From Gekko japonicus (Eukaryota), in the NCBI RefSeq assembly GCF_001447785.1, contig NW_015176495.1, positions 394,478 through 458,477 on the forward strand: a stretch of DNA of 64,000 bases, given 5' to 3'. Below the pieces are notes generated by a model. The model did no database searches. It worked only from the letters and a program-made list of their open reading frames with translations, and had not been told where the DNA came from. Below, in pieces: positions 25,553 through 37,978 of the stretch (position 1 is its first letter; the number at the start of each line of letters is the position of its first letter). A program made the translations under genes and the position numbers.

Positions 25553-26891
25553 AATACCAACAATAACATCACAGACACAGCGTAAAAGAGTATATAACTA
25601 CATTGTAACTAATATTGAGGTATGAGTATAGTATCCATTCTGTTAGAACTTTCTATTCTGTTTCTTATTTCTTTTATTGTATTTTCTTTGTAGTATTTTT
25701 TCTGTATCTTTCCATGAAACCAATAAAAACATTTATAAAAAAAAAAGACTGCATTCTCAGGTTCTGCTGGATACCTAAGGAATCAGGAATTTACTTCCTA
25801 AGGAAGTTAGGCTAGGACACGGGACCCCACCTTGTTGAAACTGTGTGCATTGGGGATTTATTTATTAGAAATGTATCCCACCCTCCTCAGAAGCAGGTTC
25901 AGGATTTTGACTACAGGAAGTAAACATCGGAACAAAATGGTTGCCATTGGGGAGAGGAGACCAATTGCAAAATGTTGAGAGGTTCTACAAAATGTTTCGT
26001 ATTTACAAGTTAAGCATCCTTCTGTGATAAGAATGCTATTTCCAAATACATGCTACCTGCAGACACAAAGGTGACAGCTCTCGAGTGCCCCTGAAGCACC
26101 TCCTGCTTGAAGAAGTGGAGAAAAGCCAGGACCAGCTCTCTGCTTTGGGGAAAATACAATTGGATTCCAAGGAACACACACTGGCAAGCACCACAACATC
26201 CACAACATCCACAAATACCACATTAGTACTCTATCAGATCCAATAACCAGAAAGTTCTCACTCATACTACCCATATATCTACTGGACTATTTTTATATAA
26301 AGGAGGAATAGTGAAAGATACCGGAAGGCAGATAACTGTCACCATAACCGTCATACTTGAAACTGCAATATGAAGCCCAGATTACTAGAGGGAGAGCTTC
26401 TCAAACCTTCCCCTCCAGCTGTTTATCTTTGAATATCACCCACTGCTAACCTGGTTTATCTAAATAGGAAAAAGATCCAGACTTCATATGGAAGAAAGTA
26501 CTCTCTGAAACAGTATTGCCATAGGCAATATACAGCTTAACAGTTAAGAACCAGTTAATTAAACTAGTAACTATAAACAGTAAAACTTTTAAAACTGGTG
26601 CACCATTATTTCAGCAGCTGATACCAAGAATGAACATTAAGCTCATGTAACAATTCTTCCCTACAGTACACAGATTATGTAAAAAAATGTTCACATACTT
26701 GTCTCACAATGACTTATCACCCAACTGATTTCCAAAGCTAATTAATATATGGTCAGACTCTGCATATGACTTAATACTGCTGAAGCAAGTTATAACACAA
26801 TGCAATTAAAATTGACTAAAATGTTTTCTCAGTAATCATTCAGACAGAATGATTTTTTTTCATTAGCAAGATCAAGAACATATCAGGTCTC

Positions 26892-27141
26892 GCCCTGACC
26901 TGGATAGCCCAGGCAAGCCCGATCTCGGAAGCTAAGCAGGGTCGACTCTGGCAAGTACTTGGATGGGAGACCTCCTTGGGATACCAGCAGCCAGGAGGCA
27001 GGGGCAGGCTTCATTCAGCCACCTCTCTGAAAACCCTCCAGGCCCCCAGTAGTTGTCAGTCCCCAGAGGTCACTACGACTTCCAGGTGCACACATACTCA
27101 CACGCACGTGCACATATGAAAAATACAAAAAGAAGAAGAAG
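26892..27141 (+). mobile_element. 5S rRNA-derived SINE (SINE3-type) with 18-bp TSD
   Basis: 5S internal-promoter sequence gatctcggaagctaagcagggtc...gtacttggatgggagacc, A/AAG-rich tail, and TSD aagaacatatcaggtctc/aagaacacatcaggtctc. Confidence 0.88.
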
Positions 27142-27489
27142 AAGAACACATCAGGTCTCACTGGTAACAAAAAAGGCTTCTATTAATGAGATTTATAAAT
27201 CCGAAACATTAGTGTTAATGGCTAAATGATTTACATATATTTTCTCTCCCATTGCTCTTTAATCCACTGTTAATGAAACTTCGTCATTTTATTATTCAAG
27301 AGTTTTTCCATTTTTGACCATGAAATTAATATAAACGGGTTGCTCCTAATATTAAGTTATATTATGATACAACAAGGATGGGTGTGGTTGGCAAAATGGA
27401 TTAAGAATCAGTCCTCTGATCCTGAGATTGCCATTGAACAATCCTTTGTGAGAATCCCATTAATTTTTTTTCCTTGGGCGGTAATATAG

Positions 27490-28545
27490 GTGAGGATTTT
27501 TCCGGTAACACCACTGTGACGCGGAGCAGCTTTTGGATCGCTCCGGAGCCGCCCTTCTCCTCCTCCGCTCTTTTGGAGCCCCCTTATCTCAGGTGGCCCC
27601 CGCTCGTTCTCCTGGAGGGGGAATGAGTTGCAGGGGGCTTGTTCTCCCCCACCGCATATGCCAACTCCGGGGGTGTGGTGGTTATTGCCCTGAAGCGAGA
27701 GCGACAGACGGAGCAAGGCATGGCCGCCATGCCTTGCCTAACAGTGACCTCCATTTTAACTTTATTGCTTTCTTGATTTTGAATGTATACAGCAACATTG
27801 GGACTGTGAGTACGCATATTTCTAACTCTATTCATAGCCAAGATTTCGGACTTCGAGATAAAGTTACTCCAAGTTGGTCTGCCCAAGATAGAGGCAATTA
27901 GCGGCCAGACAAGGAATGTGGGAAAGATTGATGTCTTCTCTTTTTGATTACGGGGTCAAAAACTTTGTTGATAAGGACTGACAACTAAGTTAGATATCCT
28001 AAATGGTGATTAAAAGTCTTAGAAGGTGTTTAAAAACTCCAAAGCAAGAGTTACATTATTTGAGCTGAAATTAATTGGACAACAAAAATGGCGCTTGCAG
28101 AGGGAACTGAGGAGGATGAGCTGGAGAGTAACACGTTTGTGGGAGAATAAACTGCTGAGCAGTTTCTGAAGTTACTGAGAGATGGAATACAGAAGGGAAT
28201 ACAAAAAGGATTTGAAGAGGCTTGTGTGAATATAACTGAAAAACGACAGAGTATACAACCGGATAATGAAATTAAGAAAGAACCGATACAGCCCAAACAG
28301 AGTGTTAAGGAGGAACAAGTTTGCCACACCAAGGAGTCATTTGATGAAAATCAGCCCCTCTCCAGTATAGGAGTGGAAAAGGAGACAATGAGGTCATCCT
28401 ATATAAAGACAGACTTAATAAAAACTAAATTACTGGATATAGCATGGCTGAAATACTGAGGGGGAAGTTTAGAAGTTTAAAAGTTAACTACACACATATA
28501 AAATACAATTGGGATTCGTATAAAAATGTAAGCTATAACATGATG
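27490..28545 (+). mobile_element. Probable 5' UTR and ORF1 start of an L1-like element
   Basis: A CpG-rich segment followed by A-rich, Glu/Lys-rich coding-like sequence (MALAEGTEEDELES...). No decisive motif. Confidence 0.35.
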
Positions 28546-29330
28546 TTTCCGTCCTTGATCCATTCCAGTCTGGCTTCCGCCCGGGGTATGGGACAGAGAC
28601 AGCGCTGGTTGCCCTTACTGACGACCTCCGTAGACATCTGAATCGAGGCGGTGTGGTGGTGCTGTTGTTGCTAGATCTGTCGGCTGCATTTGATACAGTC
28701 AACCACCAGCTGCTGATCCACTGCCTTGCCGATGTGGGGATTCAGGGGCTCGCCCTTCAATGGCTTGCCTCTTTTCTCCAAGGTCGGGGACAGAGGATTG
28801 GGCTAGGGGAGCAGCAGTCCCGGAGGCACCTGCTGGAATGTGGAGTGCCTCAGGGGGCAGTGCTCTCCCCGATGCTATTTAACATATATATGCCCCCCTT
28901 GTGTTTGTATTTATGTTTTGTTATGGCCAATGGCTAATACAATAAACTTGATGATGATGATGATGATATATGCCCCCCCTCGCCCAGACTGTCCGGAGGT
29001 ATGGGCTTGGGTGTCATCAATATGCAGATGACACCCAGCTCTATCTGATGTTGGGCAGCCAGTCGGACTCTGATCCAGAAGATCTTCACCGGGCCCTACA
29101 GGCCGTGGCTGGGTGGCTCAGGCTGAGCCGGCTGAAGTTGAACCCGGCAAAGACGGAGGTCTTGTGCCTGGGCTGGGACGGCATGGGATTGGGGCTCCTG
29201 CTTACGGCCTTCGATGGGGCTCCTTTGGTGCCAGCTTCGGAGGTTAGGAGTTTGGGGGTGCTCCTGGACCCCACCTTAACGATGGAGGCCCAGGTGGCGG
29301 CCACTGCCAGGGCAGCCTTCTATCATGTTT
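28545..29330 (+). mobile_element. L2-type LINE RT fragment (relatively young, CpG-rich)
   Basis: LLLLDLSAAFDTVNH, CGVPQGAVLSPMLFNIYM, HQYADDTQLY and LKLNPAKTE. Confidence 0.92.
28900..28965 (+). mobile_element. 66-bp extreme 3' LINE stub with (TGA)n tail and about 14-bp TSD
   Basis: TSD atatatgcccccct at 28886-28899 and 28966-28980 (one extra C). The stub contains aataaa followed by (tga)n. Confidence 0.8.
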
Positions 29331-29331
29331 A

Positions 29332-29474
29332 GCCTTGGTGTTTAGTCATGCCGGCCACATGACCACGGAGATGTCTTCGGACAGCACTGGCTCTTCGGCT
29401 TTGAAACGAGAGGAGCACTGCAACCCTAGAGTCGGATTTGACTGGCTTTCGAGCAAGGGAACCTTTACCTTTTA
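29332..29474 (+). mobile_element. Sauria SINE 3' fragment
   Basis: Matches 37833-37978 and ends with the (ACCTTT)n tail. Confidence 0.88.
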
Positions 29475-29519
29475 TTGACATTATGCATTAAATTCACAGT
29501 ATCTTCTCAGTTTAACGAG

Positions 29520-30072
29520 AATTTCTTGAAAATATTACATCAGTGGTACTTTATGCCACAAACTAGCTAAAGTTTATGGCAGTTGGTATGGTATGTTGGT
29601 ATTTGTAAATCATTGAGAGCCAAAAGTTCACCATATGTGGTAGACCTGTTTGTGAGCAAAAAAAAAATTATTGGCAAGCTTGTTCAGATATAATGAAAGC
29701 TAGTTTTTGATTGGATTAAGTTTTTCTGTAAATTAAGGCCTTGTTGCTCAGTTATGTACCAAACATCCCTAAACTCCTGCACTTTGTGGTGGTACACCTC
29801 ATCATGGCAGCTAGAACTGTATTTGCGAGACACTGGAAGCAAGAAATAGCCCCATCATTTCAGGCATGGGCACAAAAATGTCTGGAGGTTTATCAACTGT
29901 TAAAATTGACTGATTTAAGAAACAGGAAACATCCACAGCAAACTGAGTCGATTTGGAAACCTGTAACACAAAAGTGATGTCATTTTGTTAAGTAAGGTGT
30001 TTTTATTTCTCCTTTGTTGCTGTTGTTCTTGCAGCACTTTTTCTTCGTAATAACCAAATTTAAAATACAAAA
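29520..30072 (+). mobile_element. Old L1 ORF2 C-terminal fragment
   Basis: HMW-TC..YW and LIMAARTVFARHWKQ (ORF 29741..29977). Confidence 0.7.
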
Positions 30073-32893
30073 ATGTTGCACTTCTGACAATGTTTACTAG
30101 TCAATCATATCTTATTTTGAAAACTCAATTTTAATTGCTGCAATGACACAGATTAATGAGTTTCTCCCCCTCCCTGCTACTGAATATTACTGTCACATTC
30201 TTTCTTCAAACATTTGTCCACTCAAAACAGCGACCAACAAACCTGATACAAAGCTGTTACATTCAGACAGCAAGACTCCACACAGTGACCTTTAAAAAGA
30301 ATGATACAAACAGGTGGCTGGTGCTTAACAAGAATTGCATTGTACTTTAACAATGAAGACCGAAAAGGACGGTACACTGTCTTGTCATCTACAACTGAAA
30401 AACCAGAAGGATTGTTTCTAGGCTCCAAAAAAAAAAGAAAAGTAGAATTTCTGACCTACAGGTGATAGTGATAGTATGCCACAACCATAAAAATACATAT
30501 TTTATATATTTTGCCATTTCAGAACCCTATCATAATTGCTGGTTTTTACAAGGTATAAATTGCTCTTCCATTTCAAATTAAATTAGGAATACCATCCTGT
30601 ACAACTGAGATATATACCGTATAATGGGGTAGAAATCCTTAAAAAGTAGAGATTGAATTAATTGCCCTTAGCTTGATCTTCTACATCAAGCAACTCAAGT
30701 TACAGTTTTCATCACCCTTTAACCCTGAAATAAGCCACTGTTTTGACAGGTGAAGGAGAGGCTTCAATCTTTTCCTCTCAAACAAACTTTGGCCCTGTCA
30801 GAGGAATTCCATGTGGTCAAAAGTAGTCATGTCCACAAAAAGTAGCTGCTTAAGCAGCACATCACCCTCTTTTACAAGCTGCAGCTGCAGAAAGCACTAA
30901 CAAAGTTTTGTCAATCTTCATTTGAAAAATGGAAAGAAAAAAGTTGAAGGACACAATGTTTATCAGGTAACATATCAAAAATACAGAATCACCACATGAT
31001 CACCTCAACTCACATCACAAATGCACAATAGTCAAATATCCTGGGAAATGAAAATCAACCAAAAGATCATACTAAAGCCCAATTTTGTATAATTCATATT
31101 TATTGCAGGAAAAACAATTTGATAACATTTGAATATTTATTTTGATTTTGATGGCACAGTCAATGGCATCAAAGGAAGTGTGCCATTCATCTAACAGCAC
31201 CAACAGAACCTTCTTGAGAACTAGGTTTTCCTACAATGGGCAGGGTTTTTGGTGTTTATGTTACTGCAAAAGCTGCCCTGAGCCTTCGGGGAGGGCGGGA
31301 TAGAAGTGTGAATAATAAATAAATAATAAATAAATAAATAAAAGTGGACTAGCCACGACTCTGGTGTCATTTTAACACCATCAGAATTGTTCCATGTGGT
31401 TTCAAGCCACAGAATACACTTATTTAAGTGCAAAATCCCATTACATATTGTGCCACATTTTTTTCAAGCTTTTCTTTCACACACACAGGTTGTAAAGTGA
31501 AGAAGAAAAGTAGCATGCAAGGCATGCTTTCATGCCACTAGGAAAAGATATGTTGCTTTCACTCCACTAGGAAAAGATATAAGAACATTCCCTCCCACAC
31601 TAGTCTTCCACTTCAAATTGTGACCTCATTGGTTGAATTGTACATTAAAAAAACCTGAAAGGGTTTACAGAACCCACATATATGGGAGGAGCAAGTGATA
31701 AGAAATATAGGTTTCATGGGAAATTTGTGGCGCAATACTGGGGTATGGTTTTTGCCTAAAACTCTTCCACACAAGAATATAAATTCACAAGTTGTCAGGG
31801 ACAGAAGTGCTAAGAGGGAGTTGGGAAATCAAGGTGGCCAACAATCTTTGTTCACTAAATTGTCTATAGCACCAAAATGAATGGGTGTACAGCAACCATT
31901 CACAGCTCATATTAAAGGTAATTTTATGCTCTAATTTTTATATAAGGTATGAATTGATTAAAAAAACAGTTAAGGAGGTACAAGAAAAAAATTATGAAAA
32001 CGGTTTTACACACATTAACGCAATTTATACAATTCTTACATACTTTAAGTAGAAATCTGTGTATCCCAGAAATAGCTAGAAATGAGCTGAAAACAGTTTA
32101 ACTTTACTATACTTCAACCAAGAAAAATTGCATTGAACAACTTTAGTGCTGCAGTGCATGAGTCAGTCACCACATCCAATACAACAAAATTTGGCAAACA
32201 AAATTTGCATTATAGTCTGGGATTTTGTTGAAAGTTTGCAGCAATTATATGTGTTGAAATGTATCTACAACCAATTTTTTTTGAAATTGGGAAAAGGCCA
32301 CAAGTCAGCCCTGTCAGCCCTTTTACTTCTTCTCTAAAGCAGAGATTGAGAAGCCAAACATGAGAAAAGTGGGGTTTACTCAGGTTGCTCTTTATCTAGC
32401 TGAAAGCTTCAGATTTCACACCTGAAGCTTCTCTCTTTCCAATACTGTTTTAGAATTGAAGGATCCCTCCCCCCATATTCCACTTAACTTGAGTGGAACG
32501 TTTCTCCTTTTGGGAAACACACCTGTTTCTAAACATTAAGCACCTCTTCTGACCATCAGCTCAGACGAGTATATCCTATCCAGAGTCCCCACATTCTGTC
32601 TTTGTCCATGGCTGGTGTGATGGAGGGAATGAGGCTGGCATTTTAAGCTTGTGAGATGTAGGCTTGAGGACCACATCAGAGAGCTCCTACTTGGACAGAA
32701 AAATTAATATAGACTTATATGAGAGGAATATGCAGGAAGATCATTCTATTCCTCCACCAGTGCTACCACACTGATCACAAATCTCACCCAGCAAGTAGCA
32801 ACTTTAAAAAGCTAACATTGCTAGTCAGTAGTGCATGAATCAGCAGAACAGGCTTTGCTAACGATCTTTAAAAATGAAATAGTATCACGACTA

Positions 32894-33377
32894 ATTTATT
32901 TATTTTATTTATTTACATGTGACTTCTATACCGCTCATGACCCCTACTGGGTCTCAGAGCGGTTTACAGGTGGCCTACATTTTGTAGTCAGATCCTACCT
33001 AGGGCGACAATTGTGCAGGGAGGGGTTGCCTAACAGTCGCTCCGCAGTTGCGTCATCCGGTTCCGCCTCGATCCGATGTCGTCGTCGCTCTCACGGTCCG
33101 CCAGCTGCCGCCATCGTTCTTCCTCACCGCCGCTGCTTCTCTTACTGCCATCGTCGCCATCAACCCTCCTGGCACGGAACCAGGAGGAGGGTGCCCCCCG
33201 GCTCTAAGGCAGGTACCCATTTCTCTACTTGCAATTACTTTCGAGCCACTGGGTTGGCGGGAGCTGGGACTGGGGCCGGTAGCTCACTCCGGCCGCGGTG
33301 GGGATTCGAACAGCCATTATGGCTGTTCGCTATAGATGTTACTGCAGGTGTTGTTACTCCCTGCGCCACCGCTCCCT
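32894..33377 (-). mobile_element. Young tRNA-derived SINE: Sauria-like head, CpG-rich body, L2-type tail
   Basis: A-box TGGCGCAGGGAG and B-box GTTCGAATCC. Sauria-like ggagtgagct...ccagctcccgccaacc...tgcaagtagagaaatgggtacc. Tail tgtaaaccgctctgagac...gagcggtatagaagt(taaa)n. Confidence 0.75.
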
Positions 33378-35764
33378 CCTAACTGCTGCTAAGTGCTCAT
33401 CTGCATCCTGGATAGGCACCAAAAAGAACCCCATAGCTCCCAGTTTGCATTGGCTCTCTCTTTGCAGATTGATGTGACAGGCAAGCTGAGCCTCTGAAGC
33501 CTTGTCAGCCATGGAGGTGCACATGTAGCTCAGTTGGGAATAAAAATGACAAAGCCTGAAGTGACCGACAGCCACCGATGGGTGTGTGGGAGGTGGATCA
33601 ACTGTCAGCATCTTTAAAGGGGGGGAAGGCTGCAACTGAGGGCATGTATGGGGTGCAACCAGAGCTGAATGGAGCCTATGGCTGAGGAGCTGCAGAGTAG
33701 AAAGGCAGTGCAGAGCTCAGTGCCAATGCAGGAGGAAGAAGCTGCCCTCTTAACGGAGAAGGTGGATAACATGGCAGTAGCAGCACGGGAGGATGCCTAG
33801 GAACCGCCAGCAAGCATGCTGGTGTCAGACCTGTTGATGGAAGCTCTAAGGCACCTGGAGCTCAATAGTACTGCCCCACAGGAACCCTGGAAAGTGAGGA
33901 CAACACCCTGTTGCAGATTCAGCCTTGCTCATCAAGGACTGCTGGTTGGCTTGCTATGCCCCACCTCTTCCATCTCAGAGATTCAGCATGAGTTTGGTTG
34001 GGCACCAGGCAAGGGAAGGGAAGGAAATGGTCACCCACTTCCACATGCTTCGCAACCCACTTGTGGATCCTGACCACAGGTTAGGAATGAGTGGTCTAAA
34101 AAACTGATTAAAGCATTATTTTGAAACTACTAGCTGTGATGACTAAAGGTAGCCTCTATATACAGTCAGGAAACCTCTGAATACTAGTGCTATGAGACAA
34201 CATCAGGGGAAGGCCTTGGCCTCTAGAACCTGTTTGCTGGTTCCCCAGGGCAACTGGTTAGCCATTGTGTTACACAGGTTGGTGGGCCAAAGCAACCACT
34301 GATGTGATCCAGCATTTTACCTCATGTTCTCATGCAAGCTGAAGAGGCATTTTAAGCAGCCCCCCTGGCCCAACTTTGTAGTTGGTTCTAAATCCAGCCC
34401 CACCCCCCGCACCCAACTTTGTAGTTGGTTCTACATCCAGACCTCCTTCTCCAAGTTCGTGGTTGGTTTGCTGAATCACTGAAATCTTCCTTACATTCCC
34501 AAACATCCATTCCACACTTGGATTCCCAACTTCATAAATGATTTCAGTTTTTGCATTTTCCTTCTCCTGTCCAGACTACTACACCTTAGATTCCTCCCTT
34601 GAACACTATTTATGAAACAACCAAAGGTAGCATTGCTACATTGGCACTGTTATATAAAAACACAGCTTTATATATCTTTGCTTCCCCTTGAATTTCATTT
34701 TTCAAGAACTGTACCTTGTTAGGGTAACCAGCCCCTTACCCAGGAGAGTTAGGCAGACACATTGGATGCTCTCTTAGAGACACCCTATATCAGGGTTCCC
34801 CAATGTGGCACACATGGATGCACAGGCATGTGCAGGTGCTTCCCCAAGCACCCACTGTGTGATTCAGGAAAGTAGCCAAGACCACTGTTAAAGAAGAACT
34901 AATATGTGTATTTCACCTTCCCTTTTACCCCCCTTCACCTTCAAGTGTATCTCATCTTCTCTCGGTAGTCATGTGTATCTCCTCCTCTGTGCATGTATGT
35001 GCCTTTCCCGTGGTAGTCTTCAGCATGTGTGTTTTATCCTTCCTTGGCTGTCATCTCCTGGCTCCTTCTGACCTCAAGAACTCCAGTCCTCATGGCTCTC
35101 GATATACAGATTTAAATAGGAAATCCTTTTGTTTTCATACAAATCATGGCTAAATAATATGCCAAAAGGAACAGCATACTACTGGAACTATGAAAGGTTC
35201 AATCTACCTCTAACTGCAGACAATTTCAGTTGAGTTCACAACGTAATTGATAGCAAGTTGTTAATTATAAAAAATGAAAAGGAAACAACCAAAGCAAAAG
35301 CATTAACATCCATTCTCAAAATTCACGTAACAAAACTTTTCAAACCAATCCTTTAAAATCAGTTTTATATACTCTAATACCTAGCAAGAAAACTTATACT
35401 ATTTAAATAGGACACTATTATTATGGCTACAAAGAAATAACATACCCATAGCAGAATTCCACAGATGCTTCATATAAAAACACATTAACGAGACTAATGG
35501 GACTATTTGTAAAGCCATACTTGAAACTCGTGACATCAATAAGTTTCAAATAAAATATATAAATATGTAAAACATCTGTATGAATTCTGCCTGCAAAGCA
35601 ATCCACCAAATTGAACTTTATAATGTTAGATGTCATTTATTTCACAGTTAATAATGTGATGTGAGTCAGTATTTGGTAAACGGAACGTGAGAAGTATGAC
35701 CCAAGGTAAGCTTGAAATCATAAAATGAGAAATTGAACTTTTAAACATTGCAATCCTAGGAATG

Positions 35765-36250
35765 AGTGAATGAACTAAAGCGCACTCAATTAGGACATTT
35801 TCAGTCAGAAAATTACAAAACGTTTTACTCAGGAAATGACAAACACAAAAGATATGGAGTTACTCTAATACTGAGGTGACATGTAGCACAATCAGTCAGT
35901 GGCTATAATACAATCTGACCAAATAATATCAATCAGACATCATGGCAAGCCTATCAACACAACCACCACTCAAGTTTCAACTACAGATACTGAAGAGAAA
36001 GAAACGGAAAGCTTTTATGCAAGTGTCTAGGAAGAAATTGATCACATGCCTAAACAAGATGTGCTGATAATCATAGGTGACTGGAATGCAAAAGTAGGAA
36101 ACAAAGTAGAGTCAAATATTGTTGGAAGATTTGGGGTAGGAACACAAAATGAAGCAGGAGAGCAATTCATAGAATTCTGTGAAGACAACAATTTATTCAT
36201 TGCAAACACATATTTCAGGCAACCAATAAGATGACTGTATATGTGGACAT
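35765..36250 (+). mobile_element. RTE/BovB-like endonuclease fragment
   Basis: PKQDVLIIIGDWNAKVG..VGRFGVGTQNEAGEQFIEFCEDNNLFIANTYF (ORF 36046..36234). A reversed Sauria tail follows at 36251-36284. Confidence 0.88.
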
Positions 36251-36284
36251 TAAAGTAAAGGTAAAGGTTCCCTTGCTCGAAAGC

Positions 36285-37200
36285 AGAATAGAATCCCCTG
36301 CCCTGTAGATGCAGTGGCACCGGCTCGATGGCTCCCTTGTGCAGAAGGACGGACACTTCTTCCAGAAGGGCTGGAGAAGGGGGTGTGGAGACTGAATAAA
36401 TTCTATGCGGTAAGCCTGGATCAAGATGGACAGCACCCATTTGTCTGTGGTGATGAGGCACCAAGTTTGGAGGAAGGGGGGTAGATGGGTTGGATGTGAC
36501 TGGAAGACATGGAAGTCAAAAACCCTGCTTGCCGGACTTTGCCTGCTTACTGCAGGAGGATTGTTGTTCCGATCCAAATCTAGGGTTTCTGAAATGTGGG
36601 CTTCTGGCCTCCAGAGGATGTACGTGGCCTCCATTGCCGGTCAGGAGACTGACGGTTTGGGGTACGTTTTTGCCAGGGTCTAGACCAGAGACAAGGCCGG
36701 TACTGCTGCCTTGTGGATGAAGAAACACCCAGAGCACGAGAAGCTTTTATGCTTTTATCCATATCTTGTAATATGGTGTCTGTGGTACTATTAAACAAAC
36801 CAAGGCCATCGAAGGAGAGGTCCTCTATGTATGATTTGGTATCTGGCTGCAGATTGGTGTTACGTAGCCAGAAATGTCTTCGGAGAGCTATGGCTGAAGC
36901 CATTATCCTTGAGCAGGTGTCTAGGGCATGTTTAGAGGTATTAATTTGTTGTTTTGCCAGCACTATGCCCTCCTTTTGGATGATGCAGGCTGCCTGACGC
37001 TTATCTTCTGGAAGGTTTGCCAAGAGCTCGGAGACCCTCTCCCACAAAGTGTATTGGTATCTACTGGGCATGCGTGGTGGGGTTCCTGTACATGCCTGAG
37101 GTCTGGGCGCAAAAATCCATTAAGAGCTTGCTACAATACCAATCTATCCAGCGCAGGCGCACTGTATCCCATGGGTGTGAAGCACAGAGACCACGTCGAA
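36285..37200 (-). mobile_element. DIRS-type retrotransposon fragment (gag C-terminus plus RT start)
   Basis: ORF 36580..37071 (ASAIALRRHFWLR..IEDLSFDGLGLF), then W..ITTDKWVLSIL..YRIEF and LLEEVSVLLHKGAIEPVP...GFYS. Confidence 0.88.
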
Positions 37201-37351
37201 GATCCATTTGTTATGGATATCATTTATTGTTGTAAGTAGAACTGTATAAGAAGACAGTAGTCTCAGGTGTGATTTGTACAGTGTGACAGATTATTCTGGT
37301 TATTTGTTTGTACAACTATATTCGCTGTATTTCCATTTTTGTGACTGAAAG

Positions 37352-37505
37352 AATTTATGACTGACCCAAGGTCACACCAGCAACTGCATGTGAAGGAGTG
37401 AGGAATCAAACCCAGTTCTCCCAGATTAGAGTCCGCACTCTAACCACTACACCAAACTGGCTCTCATCACCAAACTGGCTCTCATACATCAAACTGGCTC
37501 TCATA
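37352..37505 (-). mobile_element. Squam3-like SINE 5' part, with a three-copy repeat of caccaaactggctctcat
   Basis: tgacccaaggtcacaccagc...ggaatcaaacccagttctcccagattagagtcc...accactacaccaaactggctctc. Confidence 0.7.
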
Positions 37506-37581
37506 ACCTACTGTTAGAAAAGACATGTGCTAATTATAAAGTTGCTAGCTTTTTGCACGAGGGAATGATGAATATCAAATA

Positions 37582-37978
37582 AGTGGTTAAGACGCTGAAC
37601 TGCAGGCTGGGGAAGGTCGGTAGTTCAGCAGTTCAAGACCCGAGTGTGCCGCATGACGGAGTGAGCTCCCGTCTCTAGTTCCAGCTCCTGCCAACCTAGC
37701 AGTTCGAAAGCAAGAAATTTATTTATTTATTTATTTTGGGATTTATATCCCGCCCTACCCAAGCGGCCCAGGGCGGAAATTGCAAGTAGATAAATAGGTA
37801 CCACTTCAGTGGGAAGGTAACAGCGTTCTGTGCGCCTTGGTGTTTAGTCATGCTGGCCACATGACCACGGAAATGTCTTCGGACAGCGCTGGCTCTTCGG
37901 CTTTGAAACGGAGATGAGCACCGCAACCCTAGAGTCGGATTCGACTGGCTTTCGAGCAAGGGAACCTTTACCTTTACT
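37582..37978 (+). mobile_element. Sauria SINE with a small reversed L2-type tail inserted at about 37715-37777
   Basis: ccagctcctgccaacctagcagttcgaaagca, caagtagataaataggtaccac and the (acctttac) tail. Confidence 0.9.

Larger units (their letters stand above)
23580..25747 (+). mobile_element. 5'-truncated L1 (ORF2 C-terminal half, 3' UTR, poly(A)) containing a SINE and a solo LTR
   Basis: FLFQTIPI..FIWEGKKPRIKLKILQD, LEGHDLMLGWHA and CWKC..G.FYHMW.TC; aataaa then poly(A) at about 25722-25747. Related to the L1 at 12576-13950. Confidence 0.88.

Noticed and set aside
26892-26990. Functional 5S rRNA gene
   Set aside because: It is partial, has an internal deletion, and carries a non-5S leader, body, tail and TSD. 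It is a SINE.
14590-37200. DIRS gag/RT (36285-37200) and tyrosine recombinase (14590-16600) fragments are colinear on the minus strand, as if from one element
   Set aside because: They are 20 kb apart with unique-looking DNA between them. Two independent insertions are more parsimonious, though this is not formally excluded.
37450-37505. Repeated 18-mers as a CRISPR-like array
   Set aside because: There are no spacers and the context is eukaryotic. It is a tandem duplication at a SINE 5' end.
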